Positions 22,543-31,050 of a stretch of DNA of 32,000 nt are shown here, piece after piece. Numbering within the stretch: position 1 is the stretch's first letter; every line of letters starts with the position of its first letter. A program made the position numbers and the translations under genes. The stretch comes from Candidatus Saccharimonadota bacterium (lineage in GTDB: Bacteria > Patescibacteriota > Patescibacteriia > 2-12-FULL-60-25), in contig OY970357.1 in assembly GCA_963718585.1 (NCBI GenBank), forward strand, positions 510,001-542,000, in the 5' to 3' direction. The notes under the pieces were generated by a model, which was not told the DNA's origin, searched no databases, and worked only from the letters and a program-made list of their open reading frames with translations.

Positions 22543-22932
22543 TCATCTTTGCGATGATTCTCTCAGATGATCGGAGATGTCTTCCACCGCATCATACTCG
22601 ATGATCACGTCCGCGATCCCTTTCGTCGTGTCTTTGATCCGCGTGCCCCGTTTCATGATGACGATGATCTTTTTCCCGAGCGAAAACGCCATCCCCGCCT
22701 CGATCGCCCGACCCGTCGGCTTGTCCGTCATGTCGATCAAAAGCGCATCGCACTGCCGGATCTCATCCAGTGCCCGCGACATCAGCAATTTTGGATCATC
22801 AAACACCTTCTCAAAATGCTCCACGTCTCGGATGAAGCTCAAATCCTGAAACCCCGCGGACCGGACGGCCATGCACAACCGCTCGACCTCCTCTTTCCCT
22901 TCGCCGAATGACGATGTGACGTAAACCTTCAT
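22543..22932 (-). CDS. nucleoside 2-deoxyribosyltransferase-like protein (paralog 2)
   Basis: From ATG 22932 it reads MKVYVTSSF...CDALLIDMTDKPTGRAIEAGMAFSLGKKIIVIM, the same NDT-like architecture. The track start at 22974 would overlap the upstream gene by 20 nt. Confidence 0.55.
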   Translation of the reverse strand: MKVYVTSSFGEGKEEVERLCMAVRSAGFQDLSFIRDVEHFEKVFDDPKLLMSRALDEIRQCDALLIDMTDKPTGRAIEAGMAFSLGKKIIVIMKRGTRIKDTTKGIADVIIEYDAVEDISDHLRESSQR

Positions 22933-22954
22933 ACGATCCAAGACCTTTCGCGTC

Positions 22955-23203
22955 TCAATCCCCGATCCGCTCAAAACGCGGCATGGCTTTACCGTCCACT
23001 TCCACGTCTTCCATGAACATCTTCAATGGACGGAGCCAGATGGATCCTTTTTCCAGCGACTCATAGACCACGTATTCCTGATCCCGCGCTTCGCTCATCC
23101 GTCCGACGAAGAACGCGCGATACGTTCCGCCTTTGTAGTGACGATACAGACCCGGCTTGAATCTTTGCGCAAGATCGGAGAGTGGCGGCACTGTATCACT
23201 CAT
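22955..23203 (-). CDS. DUF1653-like small protein
   Basis: LYRHYKGGTYRAFFVGRMSEARDQEYVVYESLEKGSIWLRPLKMF...MPRFERI matches my recollection of the DUF1653 pattern (YRHYKGG.Y...vvY....WvRP...F...RF). Confidence 0.6.
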   Translation of the reverse strand: MSDTVPPLSDLAQRFKPGLYRHYKGGTYRAFFVGRMSEARDQEYVVYESLEKGSIWLRPLKMFMEDVEVDGKAMPRFERIGD

Positions 23204-23637
23204 AGTTCCAGATATCGTTTATCAAAACCGAAGAGACACTCACAATTCACATCGATCTTCTTCGGTCGCAGGACGTACCACGAATCCCCTTGCAGGACAT
23301 CCTCGTCTTCTGTCGGCGCCGGCTTGTCCCGCTTCGCGAAATGCTTGACCGCAAGGTCATGGCGCGGCCCGTCGATCTTTTCCGCGATGCCCTGGAACTG
23401 GATCCCGAGGTTGTCCTCCCCTTTCCCGCTCGGCGTGATCGCGCCCGCGACGTTCGGATCCTTCGCGATCGCCTGCGAGTGCCTCACGTCCGGATCCGAC
23501 ATCCAATAGATGTTCAGATCGTCATCAAAGACGTAGATCACGTCCGCGACCCACGGCGCACCGTCATGCGTCCCCAGGCTCATCAAATAGCCCTTTTCCA
23601 GGGCTTCTTTGACGAGCGCGCGGATATTCTCGTTCAT
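23200..23637 (-). CDS. pyridoxamine 5'-phosphate oxidase-like (split-barrel FMN-binding) family protein
   Basis: From ATG 23637 it reads MNENIRALVKEALEKGYLMSLGTHDGAPWVADVIYVFDDDLNIYWMSDPDVRHSQAI..., typical of the general-stress-protein-26/PNPOx-like fold. The track start at 23724 would overlap secA. Confidence 0.6.
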   Translation of the reverse strand: MNENIRALVKEALEKGYLMSLGTHDGAPWVADVIYVFDDDLNIYWMSDPDVRHSQAIAKDPNVAGAITPSGKGEDNLGIQFQGIAEKIDGPRHDLAVKHFAKRDKPAPTEDEDVLQGDSWYVLRPKKIDVNCECLFGFDKRYLEL

Positions 23638-23656
23638 GACGAGAGTATAACGCGTC

Positions 23657-26371
23657 TTATGCCCCGTGGCACTTCTTGAACTTCTTCCCGCTTCCGCACG
23701 GACACGGATCGTTCCGACCCACACCTTCGTATTTCTCCTCTTTCGCGGCTTGTTTTATACCCTGCGGATCATTCCCGTTCTTTGACGGACCGGACAGGGT
23801 CAACGATCCCAACCCCGCGCCTTGAACATGCTCGTGGACGATCTCCCGCGCGATCTGGACCTTGAAGACGGCGGTCGCGACCTGTTTATCGATGAGCGCC
23901 AGCAATTCATTGAACATGCGGAAGGATTCCCGCTTGTATTCCACCAGCGGATCGCGCTGTCCGTATCCCTGCAGGCCGATCCCTCTGCGCAGATGATCCA
24001 TGGCCTCGAGATGCTCGACCCATAGCATGTCGATCGCATGCAGGAGCAATGTCTTCTCCAGGTCTGCCATGCGTACGGTATCGCCGAGACTCTTCTCGAT
24101 CTTCGCGTACGCTTCACGCGCGAGATCCATGAGACTCTCGATGAGCACGGTACGTCTCGCGGCGATATCTTCACGCCCCTCGTATTCGGTCTTTGCGGCG
24201 GAAAGTTTGCTTGCGATATCCATTCCGGCGGGGAGCAACGCCCCCGCGGCTTTCGCGATCTCTTCCATTTTCCACTCATCCGGCGCCTCGTCCGGTGTGT
24301 GCATGTAGATGATCTGTTCGATCTCATGCTCCACCGCCTCCATCACCATCGGCGTCAGCGGCCGCTGACCATCCTGTGTCGGTTCCGCAGAGGATGCGAG
24401 GATCTCACGCCGCTTTTGATAGATAGACGTACGATGTTTGTTGAGCACGTCGTCATATTCAAGCAGGTGTTTGCGGATATCGAAGTTGTGTCCCTCGACC
24501 TTCTTCTGCGCGGTCTCGATCGCCTTGGACAGCATCTTACTCTCGATCGGTTCGTCATCCGGCATCCCAAGGAAATCCATCCGTCCCTTCAAACGTTCGG
24601 AACCGAAGATGCGCATGAGGTCATCGTCCATGGAGACGTAGAACTGCGTCGTACCCGGATCACCTTGACGTCCCGCACGACCACGGAGCTGGTTGTCGAT
24701 ACGCCGCGATTCATGTCGCTCCGTGCCAAGCACGTGCAGACCGCCGAGCGCGCACACAGCCTCCGCCTCCGCCGGATCCGGCGGATTGCCGCCAAGAATG
24801 ATATCGACCCCTCGACCCGCCATATTCGTGGCAATGGTCACGGCGCCACGGCGGCCGGCCTGCGCGATGAATTCGGCTTCACGTTCATGGTTCTTTGCGT
24901 TCAGGAGGTTGAACGGGATCCCATCCGCACGCAACATCTCGGAAAGGAGTTCATTTCGTTCGATGGATGCCGTACCCACGAGGACCGGTTGTCCTTTTTC
25001 ATGCAACGCACGGATCTCTCGGACCACGGCCTGGAACTTCGCGACCTGATCCTTGTAGACCCGATCCGCATCGTCACGACGCTGATTCGGTCGGTTCGTC
25101 GGGATGGAAAGGACCTCGAGTTCATAGATCTTATGGAACTCTTCCGCCTCCGTGACCGCGGTTCCTGTCATCCCGGACAGCTTCTCATACATGCGGAAAA
25201 GATTTTGGAACGTGATCGTCGCCATGGTGACGGACTCCCGCTGGATCGGTACGCGTTCTTTCGCCTCGATCGCCTGATGCAATCCCTCGGAATACCGCCG
25301 TCCCTGCATGAGCCGACCCGTGAATTCATCCACGATGATGACTTCACCGTCTTTCACGACATAATCCTTATCGAGTTTGAAAAGCGCACGTGCGCGCAAT
25401 GCCTGTTCTAGATGGTGGACCATGCGCATCCCGCCCTGCACATACAGATTCTCGACACCGAGCATCTTCTCGATCTTCGTGATCCCCTCATCCGTGAGCG
25501 TCGACGTGCGCATCTTTTCGTCCACGATATAATCCGTCTCCTCATCAAGACGTGCGACCAGATCCGCGAACCGATAATACATCTCCGCCGCTTCTTCTGC
25601 GGGTGCGGAGATGATGAGCGGTGTCCGCGCTTCATCGATCAGGATCGAGTCGACTTCATCGATGATGGCGTAATGCAGATCGCGTTGGACCATCTCCTCG
25701 CGCGTCCGGACCATGTTGTCTCGCAGAAAATCAAAACCGAACTCATTATTCGTCCCATACGTGATGTCCGCGGTATACGCATCCCTCCGACCGACGGGAC
25801 GAAGGTAGTCCATGTCCACGCGGAACGAACCGGTCGCATCGCGCGACTCGTCATGCTCCGGCTCGGCTTTGAACGTCGGGTCGTAGCGGAACGCTGCATC
25901 ATGTTGGATCGTCGACACGGTCAGTCCCAACGCGTGATATACCTGCCCCATCCAGACCGCGTCACGACGGGAGAGATAATCATTGACCGTGACCACATGC
26001 ACGCCTTTGCCGGTCAAAGCATTCAGATACACAGCGGCGACCGCCGTAAGCGTCTTCCCTTCACCGGTCCGCATCTCCGCGATCATGCCACGATGGAGAA
26101 CGATGCCACCGATGAGCTGAACGTCATACTGTCGTTGACCGAGCGTACGAAAAGACGCCTCGCGAGCGACTGCGAATGCTTCCGGAAGCACCTCATCCAA
26201 GGTCTCGCCTTTTGCGAGACGATCCTTGAACTCTGCGGTCTTCTCACGCAAACCGTCATCTGAAAGCGTCTTGATCGTGGGTTCCAGCGCATTGATCCGC
26301 TCGATCAGCGGCCGTATTTTCGCGATCTCCCGTGCATTCGGGTCCCCTGCCAACTTCGACAATATGCCCAT
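23657..26371 (-). CDS. secA: preprotein translocase ATPase SecA
   Basis: [11 protein letters not shown] (Walker A), [28 protein letters not shown], and the C-terminal zinc-binding tail [14 protein letters not shown]. Confidence 0.97.
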   Translation of the reverse strand: MGILSKLAGDPNAREIAKIRPLIERINALEPTIKTLSDDGLREKTAEFKDRLAKGETLDEVLPEAFAVAREASFRTLGQRQYDVQLIGGIVLHRGMIAEMRTGEGKTLTAVAAVYLNALTGKGVHVVTVNDYLSRRDAVWMGQVYHALGLTVSTIQHDAAFRYDPTFKAEPEHDESRDATGSFRVDMDYLRPVGRRDAYTADITYGTNNEFGFDFLRDNMVRTREEMVQRDLHYAIIDEVDSILIDEARTPLIISAPAEEAAEMYYRFADLVARLDEETDYIVDEKMRTSTLTDEGITKIEKMLGVENLYVQGGMRMVHHLEQALRARALFKLDKDYVVKDGEVIIVDEFTGRLMQGRRYSEGLHQAIEAKERVPIQRESVTMATITFQNLFRMYEKLSGMTGTAVTEAEEFHKIYELEVLSIPTNRPNQRRDDADRVYKDQVAKFQAVVREIRALHEKGQPVLVGTASIERNELLSEMLRADGIPFNLLNAKNHEREAEFIAQAGRRGAVTIATNMAGRGVDIILGGNPPDPAEAEAVCALGGLHVLGTERHESRRIDNQLRGRAGRQGDPGTTQFYVSMDDDLMRIFGSERLKGRMDFLGMPDDEPIESKMLSKAIETAQKKVEGHNFDIRKHLLEYDDVLNKHRTSIYQKRREILASSAEPTQDGQRPLTPMVMEAVEHEIEQIIYMHTPDEAPDEWKMEEIAKAAGALLPAGMDIASKLSAAKTEYEGREDIAARRTVLIESLMDLAREAYAKIEKSLGDTVRMADLEKTLLLHAIDMLWVEHLEAMDHLRRGIGLQGYGQRDPLVEYKRESFRMFNELLALIDKQVATAVFKVQIAREIVHEHVQGAGLGSLTLSGPSKNGNDPQGIKQAAKEEKYEGVGRNDPCPCGSGKKFKKCHGA

Positions 26372-26380
26372 AGTGGGGGC

Positions 26381-26409
26381 ATCGTACGCGAAAACAGGGC
26401 TTCATGCAA
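26381..26409 (-). promoter_or_regulatory. secA promoter, near-leaderless
   Basis: Minus strand reads TTGCAT (26409-26404), a 17-nt spacer, then TACGAT (26386-26381), only 9 nt before ATG 26371. Confidence 0.45.
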
Positions 26410-26445
26410 TGCCCGTCGACCCGACGTCCCGTCACACGGTTGAGC

Positions 26446-26478
26446 CAAAAAACACCCTCCGTCTGATGACGAAGGGTG
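26446..26478 (-). terminator. intrinsic terminator of hpf
   Basis: Minus strand reads CACCCTTCGTC-ATCA-GACGGAGGGTG (11-bp stem with one G-U; plus coordinates 26453-26478) followed by TTTTTT(G). It sits 25 nt after the hpf stop. Confidence 0.7.
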
Positions 26479-26503
26479 CGCTTTGCCTTGATAAAGACGG
26501 ACG

Positions 26504-26821
26504 CTACTCCGGTCGCGGATGCGCGTGCAGTTTTTCCTTGATCTGGACCAACGCATCCCGAAAATGATCCTTGACCTTGTCGATCGCCTTATACAGATCC
26601 TCTTCGTGCTTCTCGATCTTCAAGACATCTCCCGGGATCTGGATGACCGCGGAGCACATATACACATCCCCTTTTTGATGATGATTCGTATCTCTTCCAA
26701 GATCGACCTCGATGAACTGGATGAGATCCGTGTACTTTTCAAGTGTTTGGAATTTTTCCTCGACGTAAGAGCGGATCGCCGGGGTCAGATCGATCCCGAC
26801 CGCGCGGATGTTGATGGTCAT
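26504..26821 (-). CDS. hpf: ribosome hibernation promoting factor / RaiA family (short form)
   Basis: MTINIRAVGIDLTPAIRSYVEEKFQTLEKY...VDL...DLYKAIDKVKDHFRDALVQIKEK is typical of the S30AE/sigma-54 modulation protein family. Confidence 0.88.
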   Translation of the reverse strand: MTINIRAVGIDLTPAIRSYVEEKFQTLEKYTDLIQFIEVDLGRDTNHHQKGDVYMCSAVIQIPGDVLKIEKHEEDLYKAIDKVKDHFRDALVQIKEKLHAHPRPE

Positions 26822-26829
26822 ATGACTCT

Positions 26830-26858
26830 ATCGTAGAAGCCTCTCTCCCATTTGTAAA
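26830..26858 (-). promoter_or_regulatory. hpf promoter, near-leaderless
   Basis: Minus strand reads TTTACA (26858-26853), a 17-nt spacer, then TACGAT (26835-26830), 8 nt before ATG 26821. Confidence 0.45.
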
Positions 26859-26874
26859 TGCGCATCTCTCAAAC

Positions 26875-27856
26875 TCAAAAACCAAGGTATTGCACCTCGT
26901 CCTCGAGGAGGACGCCGAGTTCGTCGCGCACCTTCATTTTCACGAGACTGGAGAGTGCGAGTACATCCTGTGCTGTCGCGCCTCCGAGATTCACCAAAAA
27001 ATTCCCATGCACCGGACTCACCTGCGCCTTCCCCACGGTCTGCCCTTTCAACCCGAGCCGATCCACGAGCCATCCGGCCGGGATCCGTTTTGCGTCTAGA
27101 AATGTCTGCGGCACATCATCTTCCCGCTGCAATTTCACGATATCCGAAGGATCGGAGAATTCATAATTCTTGAACAGACATCCAGCCGTAAACGCGCCTT
27201 GCGGCTGGGTCTCTTTGCGTTTGGCCATGATCTCATCGATCCTCGCCTTCGCCACAGCTGCATCCCCCGCCTTCAACTCCAAGGTCGTCGAAAGGATCAC
27301 GTGCGGTTCGTGCTTGAACCGGCTGTCGCGATAGCCGAACCGACAATCCGCATTCGAATAGGTCACGCGCGTGCGGTTCGTCACGTCATACGCATCCACG
27401 GCCGCTACGACGTCCTTCATCTCTCCGCCGAAGCACCCGGCATCGCCATAGGTCGCACCGCCGATGGTCCCAGGAACGCCCACGCCCCATTCGAATCCCG
27501 TCAGCCCCGACAGCTGCCGTTGCTTTGCGACCAAGCCCGTGAAACACCCGGCCGCCGCCATCGACCTTCGTTCCTTCGATGGATCGCGCCCGATCCGTCG
27601 ACTGGATCACTACCCCTTGGTACCCATCATCTGAAACAAGCAGATTCGAACCTCCGCCAATGACGGCGAACGGGATCTCATTCGCGAGCGCGGCCTCGAC
27701 CGCGAGGACCGTCTCATCCGCGGATGCGGAGATGAGATACAAACGCGCAGGTCCACCGATCTTGAGGTACGTATGCATCGCCAATACCTCATGCTCTTTG
27801 ACATTGGGGATCGCCGTTTTGAACGCAGCGATCTGTTGCTCGGTCAATGGTCTCAT
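26875..27856 (-). pseudogene. murB: UDP-N-acetylenolpyruvoylglucosamine reductase MurB, interrupted by a 1-nt frameshift
   Basis: ORF 27386..27856 carries the MurB FAD-binding N-terminus (HTYLKIGGPARLY..., FAVIGGGSNLLVSD) up to SIEGTKVD. ORF 26875..27561, in another frame, continues with AAAGCFTGLV...LTGFEWGVGVPGTIGGATYGDAGCFG...YRDSRF. The frames join at GTC GAT G|GCG GCG GCC (~27556-27565); removing one G restores TKVDAAAGCF. Confidence 0.85.
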
Positions 27857-29265
27857 AGGATCTTTCGGATCGCGTCATCGATGTCTCCGGCGCCCATGAC
27901 GATCAGCACATCGCCGGCATGTGCGATCTCAAATGATCGTTTGACGGCCGCATCCGGATCAGACGCATATTCGACATCCCGCACGACCCCCCTATCCGCA
28001 TCATGCCGTTGGACCGCGTCTACCAGATCTTTTGACGAGATACCCGCATCTTCATCCGCATCACGTCCGGCGACGTCATAGATCTCGCAGAGAATGAGCG
28101 CATCAGCTGCATCGAAGCTGGGGACGAAATCCAAGAACAGATGTTTCGTCCGATTATGATGATGCGGCTGAAAACATAACACGATCCGCGCCTCAGGATG
28201 GATCTCATGCGCCGCAGAGAGGGTCGCGGCAACGGCCGTGGGATGGTGCCCATAATCGCTGATGATCCGCACGCCACCCTTCTCGCCAAGTGACTCGAAA
28301 CGCCGCCAGATCCCGTGAAAATCCGCCAGTGCGCGTGCGATCGTCGGATATGGCGCGCCAAGCTCCAATGCCATGAGCGCCGCCCCCGCCGCATTCATCG
28401 CATTGAACGTCCCGGGGACACCCAGCGCAAAACGATAGGTCGTCCCCTGCCGTTCAAGTTCCACATGCGTCGTTCCGTCCACGCGCGATGGCGTGACATG
28501 CCAGTCATCCGTGTCAGTTCCATTGAATCGGATCACACGCAATTTCAACGTCTCCAATGCCATGCGTTCCTGTTCGAGCAATCTCGCGACGTTCGGATCG
28601 CCGATGTTCGCGATGAGGACCCCCCCGAAACGGACCTTCCCGATCAATTCGCGAAATGCGTGGACCATGTCCTCCAACGATGGAAAGATATCCGTGTGGT
28701 CCCACTCGAGGTTCGTCAACAGCAATCCATACGGATCAAGGTCCAAAAAGTGTTTCGCATACTCATCCCCTTCGACGACAAAGAACTCGGAGGACCCAAT
28801 ACGGAGATTCCCATCCGGAAAAGACGGGACCTTGCTCCCGACCACGACCGTCGGATCCAGATCCGCCTGTTCGAGCGCAAGACCAAGCATCGCCGTGGTC
28901 GTGCTCTTCCCGTGCGTCCCAGCGACCACGATCATCTTCTTCGTCTTGAACCATTCTCCGAGGAACTGGAAATTCGTCAGCTCCGGAATGCTGCGACGCC
29001 GCGCTTCTTCACGTTCCGGATTATTCTCCGGCGCCGCGGACGTGTAGACGACAAGGTCTGCATCCGCAGGGACGTTCTTCACAGACTGTCCGATCATGAT
29101 CTTTGCTCCCTTTGACGCCAATGCCCGCGTCTGTTCATTTTCCACGGCGTCGGATCCGGATACGCGGACGCCGGAAGCGAGCAACAGCTTCCCCACCGCG
29201 GACATATTGATCCCGCCGGCGCCGACCAGATGGACGGCCTGTACGTCATGAACGTTCATGGCCAT
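27853..29265 (-). CDS. murC: UDP-N-acetylmuramate--L-alanine ligase MurC
   Basis: [29 protein letters not shown] (P-loop), EGDEY, Mur ligase C-terminal domain. 4-nt overlap with murB. Confidence 0.93.
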   Translation of the reverse strand: MAMNVHDVQAVHLVGAGGINMSAVGKLLLASGVRVSGSDAVENEQTRALASKGAKIMIGQSVKNVPADADLVVYTSAAPENNPEREEARRRSIPELTNFQFLGEWFKTKKMIVVAGTHGKSTTTAMLGLALEQADLDPTVVVGSKVPSFPDGNLRIGSSEFFVVEGDEYAKHFLDLDPYGLLLTNLEWDHTDIFPSLEDMVHAFRELIGKVRFGGVLIANIGDPNVARLLEQERMALETLKLRVIRFNGTDTDDWHVTPSRVDGTTHVELERQGTTYRFALGVPGTFNAMNAAGAALMALELGAPYPTIARALADFHGIWRRFESLGEKGGVRIISDYGHHPTAVAATLSAAHEIHPEARIVLCFQPHHHNRTKHLFLDFVPSFDAADALILCEIYDVAGRDADEDAGISSKDLVDAVQRHDADRGVVRDVEYASDPDAAVKRSFEIAHAGDVLIVMGAGDIDDAIRKIL

Positions 29266-29311
29266 AGCCTACGGGAAGCGCCGGCTGACCGCAACGGAGT
29301 TTTCGACGTGG

Positions 29312-29340
29312 TTGCATCGGCCATCCTGCACGGATACCAT
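29312..29340 (+). promoter_or_regulatory. glyA promoter, leaderless geometry
   Basis: TTGCAT (29312-29317), a 17-nt spacer, then TACCAT (29335-29340), with 6 nt to ATG 29347. The predicted transcription start therefore falls on the A of the start codon. Confidence 0.5.
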
Positions 29341-29346
29341 CGGCGC

Positions 29347-30631
29347 ATGTCCTACCTCTCCGCCACCGACCCTGAGATCGCCGGCCTGATCGATGAAGAG
29401 ATCGACCGACAGCGCAACGACCTTGAGCTCATCGCGAGCGAGAATTATGTCAGCGAAGCCGTCCTCGAAGCCCTCGGGACCCCGCTGACGAACAAGTACG
29501 CAGAAGGATATCCGGGCAAACGGTACTACGGAGGGAACCAGGTCATCGATAAGATCGAATCCCTTGCGATCGACCGCGCGAACGCGGCTATTCTCCGCTG
29601 AACATGCGAATGTTCAGCCGCACGCGGGGGCGCAGGCGAATTTCGCGGTCTATCTTGCCCTTGCCAAACCTGGCGATACGATCCTCGCGATGGACCTCAA
29701 TGCCGGCGGACATCTGACACATGGATCTCCCGTGAACTTCAGCGGGAAATGGTTCGACATCGTCCCCTACGGTGTCCGGGAAGACGATGAGCGCGTGGAT
29801 ATGGATCAGGTCCGCGCGTTGGCGCGTGAAAAGAAACCCCGCGTGATCCTCGCGGGATTCAGCGCCTATCCGCGTACCCTTGATTTTGCGGCCTTCGCCG
29901 AGATCGCACACGAGGTCGGTGCGTATCTGTTCGTGGATATGGCGCACATCGCCGGATTGGTCGCCGCGGGACTCTCCCCTTCTCCGATCCCGCACGCGGA
30001 CGTGGTCTCGACGACCACACACAAGACCCTTCGCGGACCGCGCGGCGCCATCATCCTGTCGAAGACCGCGGACCGTCTCGATCCCGAAGGAAAAAAGACG
30101 CTCGCACAGAAGATCGACTCTGCGGTCTTTCCGGGTGCGCAGGGCGGACCCTTGGAACACTGCATCGCCGCCAAAGCCGTCGCATTCGAAGAAGCACTGC
30201 GCCCCTCATTCAAAACGTATCAACAGAACGTACTGTCGAATTGCCAAGCGCTTGCCGCAACGTTATTGGAGGAAGGTGCACGCCTTGTTTCCGGCGGATC
30301 GGATAATCACTTGCTTCTCGTCGACGTGACACCATGGGGCATCGGCGGGAAAGATGCCGAACGGACACTTGAAGAGGTCGGCGTCAGCGTGAACAAGAAC
30401 ATGATCCCGTTCGATAGACGGAAACCCATGGATCCATCCGGCATCCGTGTCGGGACGGCAGCGATCACGACACGCGGCTTCGACGATCGATCGACGCGCG
30501 AGGTCGGCCATCTGATCGCTCATGTCCTCAGATCCCCGACGGACGAGGTCAAGACCAAGACGGCGGCACGGATCCGGGAGATCGCGAACGCGCACTCCAT
30601 CTACCCAGGTCTCGCCAAATTGAGCGGATGA
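29347..30631 (+). pseudogene. glyA: serine hydroxymethyltransferase GlyA, interrupted by a 1-nt frameshift
   Basis: The frame from ATG 29347 gives [63 protein letters not shown]...AIDRAN and then hits a stop at 29599-29601. The +1 frame continues [19 protein letters not shown]...HKTLRGPRG... to 30631. Deleting C29583 restores [16 protein letters not shown]. Confidence 0.88.
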
Positions 30632-30633
30632 AA

Positions 30634-30656
30634 AAAGAGCGCCTCGGGCGCTCTTT
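30634..30656. terminator. bidirectional hairpin terminator after glyA
   Basis: AAAGAGCGCC (30634-30643) pairs perfectly with GGCGCTCTTT (30647-30656) around a 3-nt loop. The U-run is much better on the minus strand (stem then TTTTTTCA) than on the plus strand. Confidence 0.65.
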
Positions 30657-30985
30657 AGAAGATAGAAGATTTGAGACACAGGGACCGGCCCGCGGAGGTG
30701 ATCGCGGGATTTTTCACGGATGAGGGCGTCCGCGCCGGAGGTGAGGTCCGCCACACCTTCAGGACGCGCAGCACGCTGCATCGTCCTGCCCAGGCCTCTT
30801 CGGCACCAAACGTCTCGCGTGGGGGGTGATACGCGAGGCTGACGGCACCACGGACCTTTCGGTCTGACACGTTCCCTTACTGACGGGAATAAAGCTGGGG
30901 GAGGGCTCTCCTTCCCATCAACGCGGAAAACCGCACGGAAGCAGCGGCCGTGTCGGACCGAACATAAGTCTGTGAGGTACGAGGA
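30657..30985 (-). ncRNA. candidate ~0.3 kb structured small RNA with three anti-Shine-Dalgarno-like C-rich motifs (unclassified)
   Basis: Bounded by a promoter-like element (30988-31017) and the 30634-30656 terminator, whose U-run is on the minus strand. Hairpins lie at 30689-30708, 30761-30787, 30812-30839, 30853-30866 (GAAA loop on minus), 30872-30889 and 30935-30953. No credible ORF. Confidence 0.35.
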
Positions 30986-30987
30986 AA

Positions 30988-31017
30988 ACGATACGTCGAA
31001 CAAAGCCCGCTTGTCAA
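30988..31017 (-). promoter_or_regulatory. sigma70-like promoter for the downstream ncRNA candidate
   Basis: Minus strand reads TTGACA (31017-31012), an 18-nt spacer, then TATCGT (30993-30988), immediately downstream of a terminator. Confidence 0.4.
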
Positions 31018-31020
31018 GAT

Positions 31021-31050
31021 ATTAAAGAAAGGGACGGCAGAGCCGTCCCT
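31021..31050 (-). terminator. intrinsic terminator ending the large structured RNA candidate
   Basis: Minus strand reads AGGGACGGC-TCT-GCCGTCCCT (9 perfect bp, plus coordinates 31030-31050) followed by TTCTTTAAT. There is no U-run in the plus orientation. Confidence 0.6.

Noticed and set aside
26461-26475. CUGAUGA...GAA in the hpf terminator region as a hammerhead ribozyme core
   Set aside because: The sequence is simply the loop and arm of an 11-bp terminator hairpin. No stems I to III or remaining core nucleotides are present.
3203-29115. Many long ORFs antisense to the annotated genes, e.g. 3203..4042(+), 4331..5227(+), 7533..8612(+), 20147..20869(+), 21247..22194(+), 24038..25411(+), 25412..26263(+), 28315..29115(+), 9904..10626(-), 16154..16801(-)
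   Set aside because: They fully overlap genes with unmistakable conserved products. Their translations are Arg/Pro/His/Leu-rich with no motifs, which is the typical open shadow frame of GC-rich coding DNA.
29590-29604. Programmed +1 frameshift at CGC UGA A in glyA (prfB-like)
   Set aside because: The conserved SHMT residues (RLFSAE) are already in the +1 frame upstream of the stop, so the frame change occurred ~15 nt earlier, as a simple 1-nt insertion.
30689-30708. GATCACCTCC (minus strand) as the 3' end of a 16S rRNA gene
   Set aside because: Nothing adjacent resembles 16S helix 44/45 or any other rRNA segment. The motif sits in a small hairpin loop and recurs in variant form twice nearby.
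30935-30953. GGAAGCAGC (plus strand) reminiscent of the SRP RNA helix-8 motif
   Set aside because: It lacks the preceding GNAR tetraloop hairpin and the symmetric-loop context. The surrounding sequence does not fold into an SRP-like hairpin.
30263-31003. 246-aa minus-strand ORF spanning the glyA 3' end and the non-coding region
   Set aside because: Half of it is antisense to glyA. It runs straight through a strong terminator hairpin and its composition (R/S/P/C-rich) is not protein-like.
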